From NCBI RefSeq assembly GCF_006345805.1, contig NC_043002.1, positions 112,530,001 through 112,594,000 of the forward strand: a stretch of 64,000 nt of DNA, written 5' to 3'. Source of the stretch: Octopus sinensis (taxonomy: Eukaryota). The notes beneath the pieces are model-generated. The model did no database searches and had not been told where the DNA came from. It was given only the letters and a program-made list of their open reading frames with translations. Below are positions 52,670 to 64,000 of the stretch, piece by piece (position 1 is the first letter of the stretch; every line of letters begins with the position of its first letter). The position numbers and the translations under genes are program-made.

Positions 52670-53618
52670 TATAAACATATATAAGTTGGAGTGAAGAGAG
52701 GAAGTAGGAGCCAGAGCAAGAGAGGAGAGATGGGTGGGAGAAAGTAGGTGTGAGAGGAGAGAGGAGAGGAGAGAGGAGAGAGGAGGAGGGTTAGATGAAG
52801 AGTAAAGGAGAGTTGAGCCCATATGCCGCAAAGGAACGAAGAGAGAAGATTAATCCCTGCTCACGGCGAAGACGAGAGTCCGGACGGCCCCTGTGCACGG
52901 ACAATCCGAACACAGATAGGTGTTGTAAAGAATGACCGGTAGAGTGAAAATGGAGCGAGACCGGGGTGTCTTTGCTGAGTCGGATGTCTCCGAGGTGTTC
53001 TGCGAACTGGTCAGCCAAGCGGCGTCCCGTTTGACCAATGTATAGAGAAGGACAGAAAGAGCAGGAGATGCAGTAGATGATGTTGCTAGAAGTGTAGGTG
53101 AAGGAGTCAGCGATATGATAGGGTCGATGGTGGGTGTCTGTCAGGAGGGTGGTGTTGGTGAGGTAAAAGCAAGTGTGCAGCGTGGGCGGGAGCAGGGGAA
53201 CGAGCCGGGTTGGGAGGTTGGGTTAGGGAAGAAGCTGTGGAATAAGAGGTCTCGTAGGTTGTGGACTCGTTTGAAGGAGGGGAGGGGTCGGTTAGGGAAG
53301 ATGTGCGAAGTGAAGGGGTCGGACTGGAGTGTGGATAGTGGGGAGGAGATATCCACGTAGGATGATGTGGTGAGCTATGAGTTGAGACTGAGTCTCAAAG
53401 TCCTGGTTGTCACTGCAGATCCTGCGTAGACGGAGGAATTGAGAATAGGGGATGGAGAGCTTGGTGTGTTTAGGGTGGGAGGAGGAGAAGTTGAGGTATG
53501 AGAGTGAGTCTGTGTGTTTGTAGTGGCTGGAGGTGTTGAGAGTGGAGTGATGAATGCTGACCGAAATGTCGAGAAAGGCCACTGTAAGAAATATTGCAGA
53601 AGTGGAAAGATTTGACAA
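52670..53618 (-). pseudogene. Penelope-like element: RT C-terminus, Cys linker and GIY-YIG endonuclease (frameshifted, 5'-truncated)
   Basis: FLDISV..HYKHTDSLSYLNFSSSHPKHTKLSIPYSQFLRLRRICS; PSFKRVHNLRDLL..FPCSRPRC; NIIYCISCSFCPSLYIGQTGRRLADQFAEH..RLRREQGLIFSL..GLN, followed by a pyrimidine-rich 3' tract. Confidence 0.9.
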
Positions 53619-53619
53619 A

Positions 53620-54240
53620 AGACAGGAAAGAATCTACGCTTACTTCGTTCATTCCACTCTTCGTTCTTTCGTTCCCCCTCTCTTACACTTCATTGCCTTC
53701 CCTTCATGCTCACTTTCCCTCCTCTTTACACTTCACTGTGTCCCTATCCTCCTTATTTCTTCTGTCCCTCTGAATCTACCCCTCTCCGTTCTCTCCTCAC
53801 GTGACCGGTATTCAGCCAAGCCTGACCTTTATTGGTTCGGCCGCTCTCCGTGCAACATCTATATTCTTTCCTCTGCCTGTGAAATCCTGTATCCCTGGCT
53901 TTACTTCCACACACACGCCAGCTTAATTTAATTCGTCCTTAGTCGAAATGCACCTGTTGTTATGTCCTGTTATTTGTATTTGTGTAATATTCTCCGTTAT
54001 TTTTTCCCTCCTTGTTTTTGTATACATTCGCTGCTTTCTTCCAAGGAATCTAATGCTCTTAGCTTAGTTTTTCCTTGGGGCTGACCAGATTTGAGCAATC
54101 TCGAGTATAACCAGCAGAAATTGCAAAGATAATCTGGAACTCGACTTAGGAAAGAAAATCTCCGAATGATCCGTCTTTATTTTTCTTTGTATCGTCTATC
54201 TGGATGTTTTGTTGTCCCTTTCTTGTATCACCCCGACCCC
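53620..54240 (+). repeat. Probable pseudo-LTR-like repeat abutting the Penelope remnant
   Basis: Pyrimidine-rich tract, then segments AATTGC.A.GAT.ATC.GG and TTGTATCGTCTAT.TGGATGTTTTG shared with 21810-21890. Confidence 0.45.
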
Positions 54241-55216
54241 TCCAGACCTAATCATTTTGTCAGGTGTTACTTGCAACTGTTCGTAATGGTTGAGGGCAGA
54301 AAGGCAAGAGCCAAGGTTTCACTTATTTGGCGACACAAAGCATCTTGGAGTTTCCTCTCCGCAACAAAGGCGGTGAGAAGGAAGACCTGATGAATGCTGC
54401 TGACGTAATTATCACAGCAGCAGCAACAAAAGCAGCGGTGTTAGTAACAACTTGTAATCATACCAGCAAACACTACAACACTGAAATAAATAGAAAAAGC
54501 CGCTAAAGCTAGAGCGGCAGCATCAGCAGCATCAGCAGCAACAGCAGAAGTAGCAACAGAAACAGCAGCAACAGAATCCCCCAACCACAGTACAACCCCC
54601 CACAAGGCACACCGCTTCCCCTTGAGATCACTTAGATATGTCGTGCAATGAGAGCGATAAAGGGAAAAATGGGAGAAGGTCCACGTAAGAAGGGAGAAGG
54701 GAGAAAATTAGAAAACAAATATAAACAAGTCGCAGGAGTGGCTGTGTGGTAAGTAGCTTGCTAACCAACACATGGTTCGGGTTCAGTCCCACTGCGTAGC
54801 ATCTGGGCAAGTGTCTTCTGCTATAGCCCGGGCCGACCAATGCCTTGTGAGTGGATTTGGCAGACGGAAACTGAAAGAAGCCTGTCGTATATATTGTGTA
54901 TGTTGGATTAACTGTTGAAGTGGACGGACGTCTATTTGTTCTCTCCCAAGTCAGTAGCAAGCTACACAGCTTCAAAAACCAACTGACCTTAAATATATAT
55001 ATTTGTAACCACGTGTTTGCCTACAAACCCGTAAGTACGTTTTCATTAACTACAAATTGTTATATACACCTGTTTTTCTTGTAATTTCCTCAAACAACCA
55101 AATAATCAAAAACTCACACCCTTAAGAGAGAACATAATATATATACACTTCTTAAACTCCCGAGAAAGAATATATATATTTCAAAAATCAAAGGAAAACA
55201 AACAAAGAAAACAAAC

Positions 55217-56400
55217 ATGACTAACTTGCAGGCCTGCAACAGACGAAATTGGTCTGATAACGAAATTGATGTTTTAATAAACACATGGTTCTCTCTTTCC
55301 CAAACAGAAAATCTAAATGTCTTGTGTTTGAATGAGATTGCCGAAAAAAAACATCACAAGTGGTCAACACACGATCCGTCAAACAGATTCGTAGCAAGCT
55401 GAAACATATCGAAGTATCTTTCAAACTGACAAAAGGCCATTATGAAAAGCTTCTTCATATTTTCACAGTTCAAGAACAGCAACAGCTAGAAAATCAGCAG
55501 CCACAACAACAACAACACAGAATGAGCCACTCCTGGTTCCCAGCACAATGGCTGACCCTAACATCGGTCAAGCAAACAACAACAACAACAGCCACAGCAA
55601 CAAGAACAACAACAGCCACTCCTCAACTCTAGCTTACTAGATGATTCACTAAATGCCAGTATCTTTTCACCGCTCTCACGGCAACCACCACAATTATCAT
55701 CATCATCATCACCACCGCTGGCCACCATCGTCTTCTATCACCAAAAATACCAACAGAAAACCAAATAAGAAACCACTGCCCTCTTCCCCACATCACCACC
55801 TCAATACTACTGCAGTAACAAAAACTTAAAGAAACATAGGAAGCAGAATGTGCCCCCCACGGCACAAACAAGAAATCCCCAAATATGCCGCTATTCACTG
55901 CGCCAGAGACTCTGCACAAATAGTGACTGCATCTTCACGCATCTACCCGGCACTAGACGCACTACCGGCCAAGGCCAAAGCACGCATCCCACAATAACAT
56001 CAACACCACCAATAGTAAATCGAAATTCAAAACACACACAACTCGGAGTCCAAAATCTGCCGGTATTCCCAACGTGAGAGAACATGTCTGCTGAGTGACT
56101 GTCCCTTCATCATCTTCCAGGGACCCGACGCACAAACAGAAACGGGGCTTCAAGCCAACACACAATCCTGAATAAAAATAAAAATAGAAACACACCATGC
56201 TGCAGTAATGCTGGTCCAGTCTTTTCAGGAAGACACAAAACACACAACAAAAGTGGAACTACAACCCTATCCAACAGTGCAACCACACCTCCAGCCAAAA
56301 ACTGCTCCCTAAGCAGGAAAATTCTTTTTTAGCCATGTTGAACATGGCAAAAGAGATACACAAAAACATTCTAGCCATCACTCAACACATCCTATGCTAT
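55217..56400 (+). pseudogene. LINE ORF1 remnant: Myb/SANT-like N-terminus, Q/T-rich spacer, two CCCH-type fingers
   Basis: RRNWSDNEIDVLINTW...(frameshift in A-run near 55350)...TRSVKQIRSKLKHIEVSFK; CRYSLRQRLCTNSDCIFTH (55886-55942); CRYSQRERTCLLSDCPF-HLPGTRR (56058-56113, frameshifted). Confidence 0.68.
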
Positions 56401-56489
56401 TACCCCAGTGCACCAATTCCCCACATTGCTGCCACTAACACACACAAAAAATCCAAGCCCCCTGCAACGTCAAACCAGCCACTACACTA

Positions 56490-59390
56490 ACCTCCACATT
56501 CCTACTCAATGCACAAGGTGCCAGCCCTTCCATCAATGCACAAAAATGGAAGGTCCAATTCATTGAAGACTGGGTTGGTAACCATTCACACCATATCCCT
56601 TTCTTCATTCTCACTGAGACCCACCTTGACAACTCCCACTTGGAAGCCGAAGTGAGAGTGAAGAATTTCACAACCATCCGCGCGGATCGTATCGACAGGA
56701 GGAAGGGTGGAACTGCCATTTTCCTGCATGATTCATTTACGGCAGATGGAAATAGTATATTCTCCAACGGCTACTGTGAATCAGTCACCGTGCACAACAA
56801 AGCCAATGACCTGACAGTAATTGGGCTCTATAGGCCGCCGCCCCAAACACCCATACTGTGCTTTAAAGAATGCCTCAACAGCATTAAGTGCTTTATTCAA
56901 CAGTGCCATTCTAGCAACATACTCATGATGGGAGACTTCAATCTACCCTGTGGTGACTGGACTACAAACTGTTTGAAACCAAGCACTCCCACCTCAACCG
57001 CTGACAAAGAAGCAGCAGAGTCACTTTTCGACTTTACGAATGAGTTTTTCTTGTCCCAACTTGTCCTTGCACCAACAAGACATCAGAACATTTTGGACCT
57101 AGTGTTTAGTAACCACACTAACACTATACATAACGTTACAGTGGAAAAAACCCTTCTTTCAGACCATGACATGGTTCTCTGTAACATGAAATTCCACCAG
57201 CCGAAAGCTAATCCTAGTGACCTTCCTCCAGCCCACCCATTTGACAACATAGATCTCCATAATGCCAACTGGGATGCAATCAGGAACGAGCTATCACATG
57301 TTGACTGGTCTTTACACATACACACATCTCCACCAACCATAAAACATTGGCAGATCTTTGTAGACACCGTCACAGACATATGCGCAAAACCTCCCCACCA
57401 AGACCTGTGAACAAAAAGTGCAGAATCCCCAAAAACAGAAAAACCATTATCAGAAAAATAAAAAGAACAAACAAAAAAATTAACAAACTAAAGTACTGCC
57501 AACAGCAACAACCCATTCGACGGCTATCGCACTGCTTGAATCCAAAAATATAACCTCCAACAATGCATGAAGACCCTCATCAATAACCAAAGATCAGCTG
57601 AGGAGAAGTGGGCCATTGAAAAATCAAACTCAACCCCAAAGTGTCTTTTTCTTTGCGAGGAAACGCAGGGTCACTGTCTCCACTGTAGGCCCTCTAATTG
57701 CGAAAAACTGGCACTCTCCAAGATAATGCCAAATCCATGGCCGAGATACTGCAGAAACAATACTGCTCTGTTTTCAGCAATCCTGATATGGCCGATCTGG
57801 GCTGTATCAGTGATGTCAACCCCCAACACACTATATCGGACATAACGTTTAGTGCCCCTGATGTCTTAGCGGCGATAAACGAAATAAAACACAATTCAGC
57901 AGTAGGCCCCGATAGGTTCCCTGCTTGTGTCCTGAAGGTGTGTCGACACCAACTTGCATCTCCCCTTGCTAATCTGTGGAGAAACTCACTGGATGCTGGC
58001 TATATTCCAAAAAACCTTCTGTCCCAGTCTGTTGTCCCAGAATTACCGTCCGATCTCACTCACCTCTCATATCATCAAGGTATTTGAGAGGGTGGTGAGA
58101 TCTCGAATAACCCAATTTCTGGAAAGCAACAGACGGCTGATCTCCAACCAACATGGGTTCCGTAATGGAAGGGACTGCCTAACGCAGCTCCTGCATCACT
58201 TTGAGGACATTTTGAGAGCTTTGGGAGAGGGCTCCAACACCGATGTCATCTACCTTGATTTCAGTAAGGCCTTCGACAGGGTCGATCACAAGATCCTATT
58301 GAAAAAACTATCCAACATTGGTGTCTCTGGAAAGTTACTGAATGGATCAAGTGTTTCCTGACAGACAGATCTCAACATGTTGTAGTTGAAGGGGTAAAAT
58401 CAAGCCCAGCCAAAGTCAGTAGTGGCGTTCCGCAAGGCACTGTGCTGGGCCCATTCTTTTCATCATTTACATTAATGACATTAATGACATCATCAAGCAC
58501 AGCAACATAAAAATCTTTGCAGATGACTCCAAGCTACAGAAGGTCATAAATGAGGCGAGTGACCGGACATGCCTTCAGTCAGATCTACTGGCTGTTATCC
58601 AATGGGCAGAAAAAAACAATATGCTGCTGAACGAGGATAAATTTGAGCTAATCGACTTTGGAAAAGAGGATGCCCTGAAACTCCCATACTCCCTTCCTTC
58701 AGGTGAAACTCTCGCGGCGTCCAACAACATCAGAGACCTGGGAGTAATTGTGGACAACAACATAAGCTGGGCCACTCATATAAACACCAAAGTTGACATG
58801 GCCCGCAGAATGTGTTCCTGGATTATCAGAACTTTCCAGTCGAGAGATATCCACACCATTATCCTTCTCTTCTCCACTTTTGCCCGACCCCACCTTGAAT
58901 ACTGTTGTCCACTGTGGTCTTCCCCACACAATACAAGGTATCATAAAAGTTGAAGCACCTCAAAGAGCAATCAACAAAAAGATAGATGGCATGACAGGCC
59001 TCGACTATTGGGGTCGACTAGAAAAGCTAAAACTCTATTCTCTCCAACGTCGTCGTGAGCGCTACATCATCTGCATGATGTGGAAAATATTCCATCAGCA
59101 TTGCCCAAATGATGTTGGCATCACCTTTAAGGTACATCCAAGGCTTGGGCCCCGTGCCATCCGCCCAAACAAAAATCGCACTCTCATCTCATAACAACAA
59201 TACGGCACAATTATTTCACCTCAATTGGCCCCGCTCTCTTTAACATTACACCAAAAACATTAAAACAGAAACTGACCCTATAGGGTTCAAGAAGTCTTTG
59301 GACAGATTCCTTCAAGAAATCCCGGATAAACCCCCTACACCCGGATATGTCTCTGTAAACAATAACTCTCTACTTGAGGGCCATAGTGCC
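56490..59390 (+). pseudogene. LINE ORF2 remnant: APE endonuclease plus reverse transcriptase
   Basis: LLNAQG, LTETHL, GGTAIF, GLYRPP, MGDFNLP, PTRHQNILDLVF, SDH (APE); NYRPISLTS, QHGFRNGR, YLDFSKAFDRVDH, GVPQGTVLG, FADDSKL, RPHLEYC, DRFLQEIPD (RT and C-terminus). Multiple frameshifts and small deletions. Confidence 0.95.
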
Positions 59391-60247
59391 CAATTCTGAC
59401 TTGAAAGACTTCACCAGGTGGTGCTATTAAGTTAGACATGCCTGGGCCAATAATGGCCGAAACCTATCAAAGTATCAAAGTATCAAAGTATATATGTATA
59501 TATATGTGTGTGTGTGTTTGTGTGTCTGCGCTTGTCCCCCTAGCATTGCTTGACAACCGATGCTGGTGTGTTTACGTCCCCGTCACTTAGCGGTTCGGCA
59601 AAAGAGACCGATAGAATAAGTACTGGGCTTACAAAAGAATAAGTCCCGGGGTCGATTTGCTCGACTAAAGGTGGTGCTCCAGCATGGCCGCAGTCAAATG
59701 ACTGAAACAAGTAAAAGAAAGAAAAAGAGAAAGTCTCTTCTAGAAAATGCTGGGAGATTTAAAGGTATCTGATTTCATTGGAGTATTATACCAACAACTC
59801 CACCACGGCCACCACCCATGACACTGCTACAAGCAACGTTGACTCTGCAAATACCACAATAAACAAAAGCGCAACCCAGTCGACTCCGAAACCAACAATA
59901 TGAACTCACAAAGAAAGTCATAAATTACACTGCCATAGACACAGAGACAATCAATGTAAACAAATTAACGAACCGTATTAGTGAACGTTCAAACATTACG
60001 TACAATAGTTCCAGGGCGCCAACAAATGACATATCAACAAATATAAATCTTAAAAACAACACAAATCACTTAAAAGAAAATAAGACCAAAGCTGGCCAAG
60101 CAGCGGAAGATTTCCGAAGGACCATAAAAGAAAACTTACAAAATCCTTCCGATAGAAACAACTACACTTAAGCAGAAGAACCGATAACATATCCTTACCC
60201 CAAAATAAGGTAACTAGTCTTTCTCACTTACCCTTTTCTTGACCTTT

Positions 60248-60628
60248 GGAGGCGCAATGGCCCAGTGGTTAGGGCAGCGGACTCGCGGTCATACGATCGC
60301 GGTTTCGATTCCCAGACCGGGCGTTGTGAGTGTTTATTGAGCGAAAACACCTAAAAGCTCCACGAGGCTCCGGCAGAGGATGGTGGTGATCCCTGCTGTA
60401 CTCTTTCACCACAAACTTTCTCTCACTCTTACTTCCTGTTTCTGTTGTACATGTATTTCAAGGGGCCGGCCTTGTCACTCTCTGTGTCACGCTGAATATC
60501 CCCGAGAACTACGTTAAGGGTGCACGTGTCTGTGGAGTGCTCAGCTACTTACACGTTAATTTCATGAGCAGGCTGTTCCGTTGATTCGGATCAACCGGAA
60601 CCCTCATCGTAACCGACGGAATGCTTCC
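60248..60628 (+). mobile_element. SINE family C
   Basis: Full copy. Short TSD about TTTCTTGAC. Confidence 0.92.
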
Positions 60629-60759
60629 TTCCTTTCTTGACATTACTCAGAATGAAGGGTTTGGATTCACTTAGCCTGGGGTCACCTTGAATGCAAAACG
60701 ATGTACTCAGTGACTTCATGTGATGGCAGTCAGTAGGACTAAAGTTATACGAGGCACGA

Positions 60760-61700
60760 GCTTTCGCGTCCATCTTTCACACATGCAGAAATCGATCGGG
60801 ATCAGGAGGCAGATTTGCAGTGTTGTTTTGGAAAGGTCTGAATCTCATAAGACAGACAATGTTTCAAGATACAGATCTCTCAATACGAACAATGTTCCTG
60901 GATACAGAGGGTTATACAATGTTCCTGGATGCAGAGTTGGTTGACATTATCAAAAGCGAAGGACCTACCTCTAGAATAGTAACTGTATATCCTGGCCGAA
61001 ACGAAGTGACAGATTTTTCAGGTGTCTGGAGTTTTACTTGGAAATATCCGCTGTTTAGTGCTAGGGTGAGATTGGTACAGAATTTTGAGTGCATGATAGG
61101 ACAGTTTCATAAGAATATTCTGGAGGTCATTTCGTAGAGATACCATAGGTTATCCATAATTTAAAGTTACTGGCTTTAAAAATCACAGCTTTGTTATCTG
61201 CACGGTCGACCTAGATAAACTTCATAAACAGAGACCATGCTTACAGTGTTCAGATTAGAAAATTAGTTAAGAGGGCTTCGGCAGGGTAATCGTGAACAAC
61301 AAAAAAATTGCTCACCCTGAAAGAAAAGTTAGAACAGAAGTAAAAGTAAGAGACATGTAATGGAGAATACCAGATTAGAGGAGACCTATTTAGAAACTTA
61401 GAAGAGGGGTTTAGGAAAGGTACTGTGATTGACGTACTTGCGGTGACGATGGCTCTCGATCAGTTTTTCAACGTGAAGCATAAAGCCTGCTTCGTCATCT
61501 CTAAGAGTGTATGATCTAAATCATTAAAAACCGAAAGATTTTTATGAGATCAAGTATCAAATGCATAGCGTTACAACGAAGCCATAATTCGGTGTTCGGC
61601 AGAAGATCAGGAGTACGTGCTACTCGATTCTATGTAGTCGTTTGCAACTTTTCAAAAGCCCACTGCTTAACTATTTGGGATGCATGATGAGTAGGGCCAC
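60760..61700 (+). pseudogene. Highly decayed L1/Tx1-like endonuclease region
   Basis: RIVTVYP resembles R(L/I)VxVYAP. (N/D)HSFVICTVDL near 61180 resembles the SDH motif. Many stops and frameshifts. Confidence 0.5.
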
Positions 61701-61989
61701 ATACTGAACTCTAAGCCCACCTCTACGGCCAGGTGCGAATCTCAACAAAGGAGGCAGAGTGTTGCGAAAAGCTAATTACATCCACGAAAATACAGTGAAC
61801 TCTACGAGGTGCAAATCGCTAGTTTGGATCGTCTAATCTACGAGCTTCATGTGTACATGGCAGACTTGTTCGGCAACTTATTGGCAAATATCTATCATAA
61901 CCTGCAGCATTCTCCATTTCTGTGGGCCACGAAGATGTAGCACTGCGAGAAAGGACCAGAACAAGGAGGAACACATGGATAATTTATAT

Positions 61990-62362
61990 CTGCTAAATGC
62001 AGAGTTAAAGAGCTGGATGGAACCTACACTCGCCTCCTTATGAGAGCTCAGAATATCTCGTGGAAGCGCCATCCAACCAAAATGCGAATATATGGGAAAC
62101 TACCACCTGTGTCATCTCTTGTGAAAGGTAGGAGAGTCCAGTTTGCTGGACATTGTTGTAGAGCTGAAAAAGAGGTAATTTCTACTCTTCTCCTCTGGAA
62201 GCCATCTACTCGCAATACCAGAGGGTGCACACTCTCCTTCCCTGATGTAATCTCCAGGGATACAGGCATCCAGCAACAGGACCTCCGTAATGCCATGATG
62301 GACCGTGAAGTTTGGCGTAGCATGGTGAATTCCATTGTCTCGACCACGGTCGAACAATGATG
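61990..62362 (+). pseudogene. 3' fragment of an RTE-clade LINE
   Basis: LDGTYTRLLMRAQNISWKRHPT...RRVQFAGHCCR..EVISTLLLW...DLRNAMMDREVWR; terminal hairpin TCGACCACGGTCGA and (TGA)n tail. Confidence 0.85.
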
Positions 62363-63629
62363 AGAGTTAAAGATTATTACAACTTATCGATGATAGTCGC
62401 ATTGGTGTAAACATGAACATCCAGAACAGATCTATCCACCACAACCTCCACTTGATGTGATACATCGTAAACAGGGAACAGGGCGGAGTAAGGAATTTGG
62501 CAAGGTGAGCCCCGAACAACTTAAATCAATCGAAAGGGTCGACTATCAATACTTGGCAGCTTTTCTCACAACAGCTGGTTTAGCTCTCGTCTTCAGATGC
62601 TGGATTGCCGCATCTGCTCGGTGTTAGGATGAAGAGCTACCTATCAGAATCATGCAGTATCTTGCACTTGGTCCGTCATAGATATTCTCACTCATATTGT
62701 GGAAACTGAAGGCATGGAGGAACACTCTGCACGAAGAAGAATGTGTAAGATCTATCTCAGGATATGTGGGCGGCTTCACTGAGATAGTGTCGAACAATAA
62801 TCATATCGAGGTCTTTAATACCCCTGCAAACGAAAGTAGGACGCAGAAAATTTAAGTGGACTTGCAGCTGGGCATCTAAAAAGGAAGATCCATACTGCCC
62901 AACAGTTTTGTAGGCGTTAAAAGGATTAATTGATTAAAATGTTCAAAATCAGATTAGATCCAGATCCCCGAATGACGATGAACTGGGATGAAATGATGAG
63001 CATAGTGGCCAAACTCACCCAAAAATATATCGAAAAAAATGTATCTCTGAGAGGTCAAGAGGTCGTGAATGCCAACTTCACCTCCGTCACCTACCACCAC
63101 TTGACAGTCGCACCATCCCTCAATTTATGTCTGAACGGACCGCAGCGTCTGCTCTTCGGCATTCTGTGGAAGGGACGTATTTCATTGGTCAATTCTTCCA
63201 TTTGCTATCAACACCTGTTGCATGGAGAAGTGGGTATGCTGTGTGGTTGATGACGCATGATAGATAGGCATGCACTGAGCCAGCGATATCTCCAGTTTTT
63301 GCTTGATGTGACGCGTCTGAAAAGGTCAGATCACCGTTTTTCCCTACCTCGTCTCCTCGAAGTCTTGATCAAGTAAAGACTGAGACAGATTACTTGTCAT
63401 CTAGAACGTCGTCAAGTGCTCACATCCTCTAATAGCTGCACATTGCAGTTGGTGAAAGTACCTCTTTAATGTACCTCTTTAACCTACCACAGATTTTTCT
63501 GGCCACGAGAACTCACCTTGCAAGGAATTCATTTTCAAAGACGAGCCAGAACAAATGACGTTAAGCACTCACTACTAGCGTTCTGTAGGAAATGGGTGGC
63601 AAGGAAGTGCGATGACGCGCTCGAGGAAG

Positions 63630-64000
63630 CTCTCAGTGTTGACGAAAAATGATCACGTCTCACTCCTCTGAAACTTCACCATTCAAACTGACAGAAAGAT
63701 AGATGCGAATAGGCCAGACATTATATTGAAAGTCTTCAGACAAAAATCATGCCTTCTCATCTATACAACTATCCCAATCGACATAAATGTATCTGTCAAG
63801 ACCTACCAAAAACTGAGCAAGTATAAAGATCTTGAAATAGAAATTGGCAAAATGTGGAACATCAAGACTAAAACAATGCCTGTTGTCACAGAAGCCCTAG
63901 GAATGATAGCAAATGAGGCTGATTGCTACCTATCAGGAAATCACAAAATGGCAGAAATTCAAAAGATAGTGCTCATGGAAACTGCCCATGTCCTGCGTAA
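63630..64000 (+). pseudogene. R4/Dong-like non-LTR retrotransposon, restriction-like endonuclease C-terminus (runs off the window)
   Basis: Not in the ORF track. LL*NFTIQTDRKIDANRPDIILK...KLSKYKDLEIEIGKMW...PVVTEALGMI...EIQKIVLMETAHVLR matches WDFxIQTD..NRPDI..KYxDL..GALG..QK..LLGTAxILR. Confidence 0.85.

Larger units (their letters stand above)
54895..59487 (+). mobile_element. Apparently full-length CR1-group (CR1/Crack-like) LINE, ~4.6 kb
   Basis: 8-bp TSD GTATATAT (54887-54894, 59488-59495), 5' UTR, ORF1, ORF2 with APE and RT, and an 8-bp tandem tail (TATCAAAG)x3. Confidence 0.9.
54731..59733 (+). mobile_element. Family B SINE split by a LINE (halves 54731-54894 and 59488-59733)
   Basis: The head ends in its internal microsatellite and the 3' half resumes directly after the LINE tail. 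Confidence 0.9.

Noticed and set aside
54895-55216. HDV-like ribozyme at the LINE 5' end
   Set aside because: I could not fold a nested double pseudoknot by eye, and the sequence is A/C-rich with little pairing.
55343-55352. Programmed -1 frameshift at GAAAAAAAAC in LINE ORF1
   Set aside because: The element has many other indels, so a homopolymer mutation or sequencing error is the simpler explanation.
62500-63560. Possible minus-strand LINE remnants
   Set aside because: The sequence looks like decayed coding DNA, but no motif was strong enough to assign.

Overview
AT-rich, repeat-dense eukaryotic DNA. The SINE families and microsatellite spectrum suggest an octopus/coleoid cephalopod genome; this is an inference from pattern recognition, not a database result. 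I find no confident host gene, no rRNA, no true tRNA gene and no CRISPR array. Most ORFs in the track are microsatellite or SINE artefacts. The window holds about 35 tRNA-derived SINE copies in four or five modular families (labelled A, A', B, C, D here). It also holds a full-length but frameshifted CR1-group LINE nested inside a SINE (54895-59487), two Penelope-like (GIY-YIG) element remnants, and RTE, L1/Tx1-like and R4/Dong-like LINE fragments. DNA elements include two internally deleted mariners, a Tigger/pogo remnant, a Tc1-like end and three non-autonomous Helitron-like copies. Best leads: (1) minimal type I hammerhead-ribozyme motifs, one just downstream of a Penelope endonuclease and one inside a 46-bp inverted repeat; (2) a LINE ORF1 with a Myb/SANT-like domain plus two CCCH fingers; (3) SINE head-body-body multimers joined at a fixed GGTA(T/C)T microhomology; (4) a SINE with a ~185-bp target-site duplication; (5) an orphan protein-coding 800-bp retro-insert with a 7-bp TSD.
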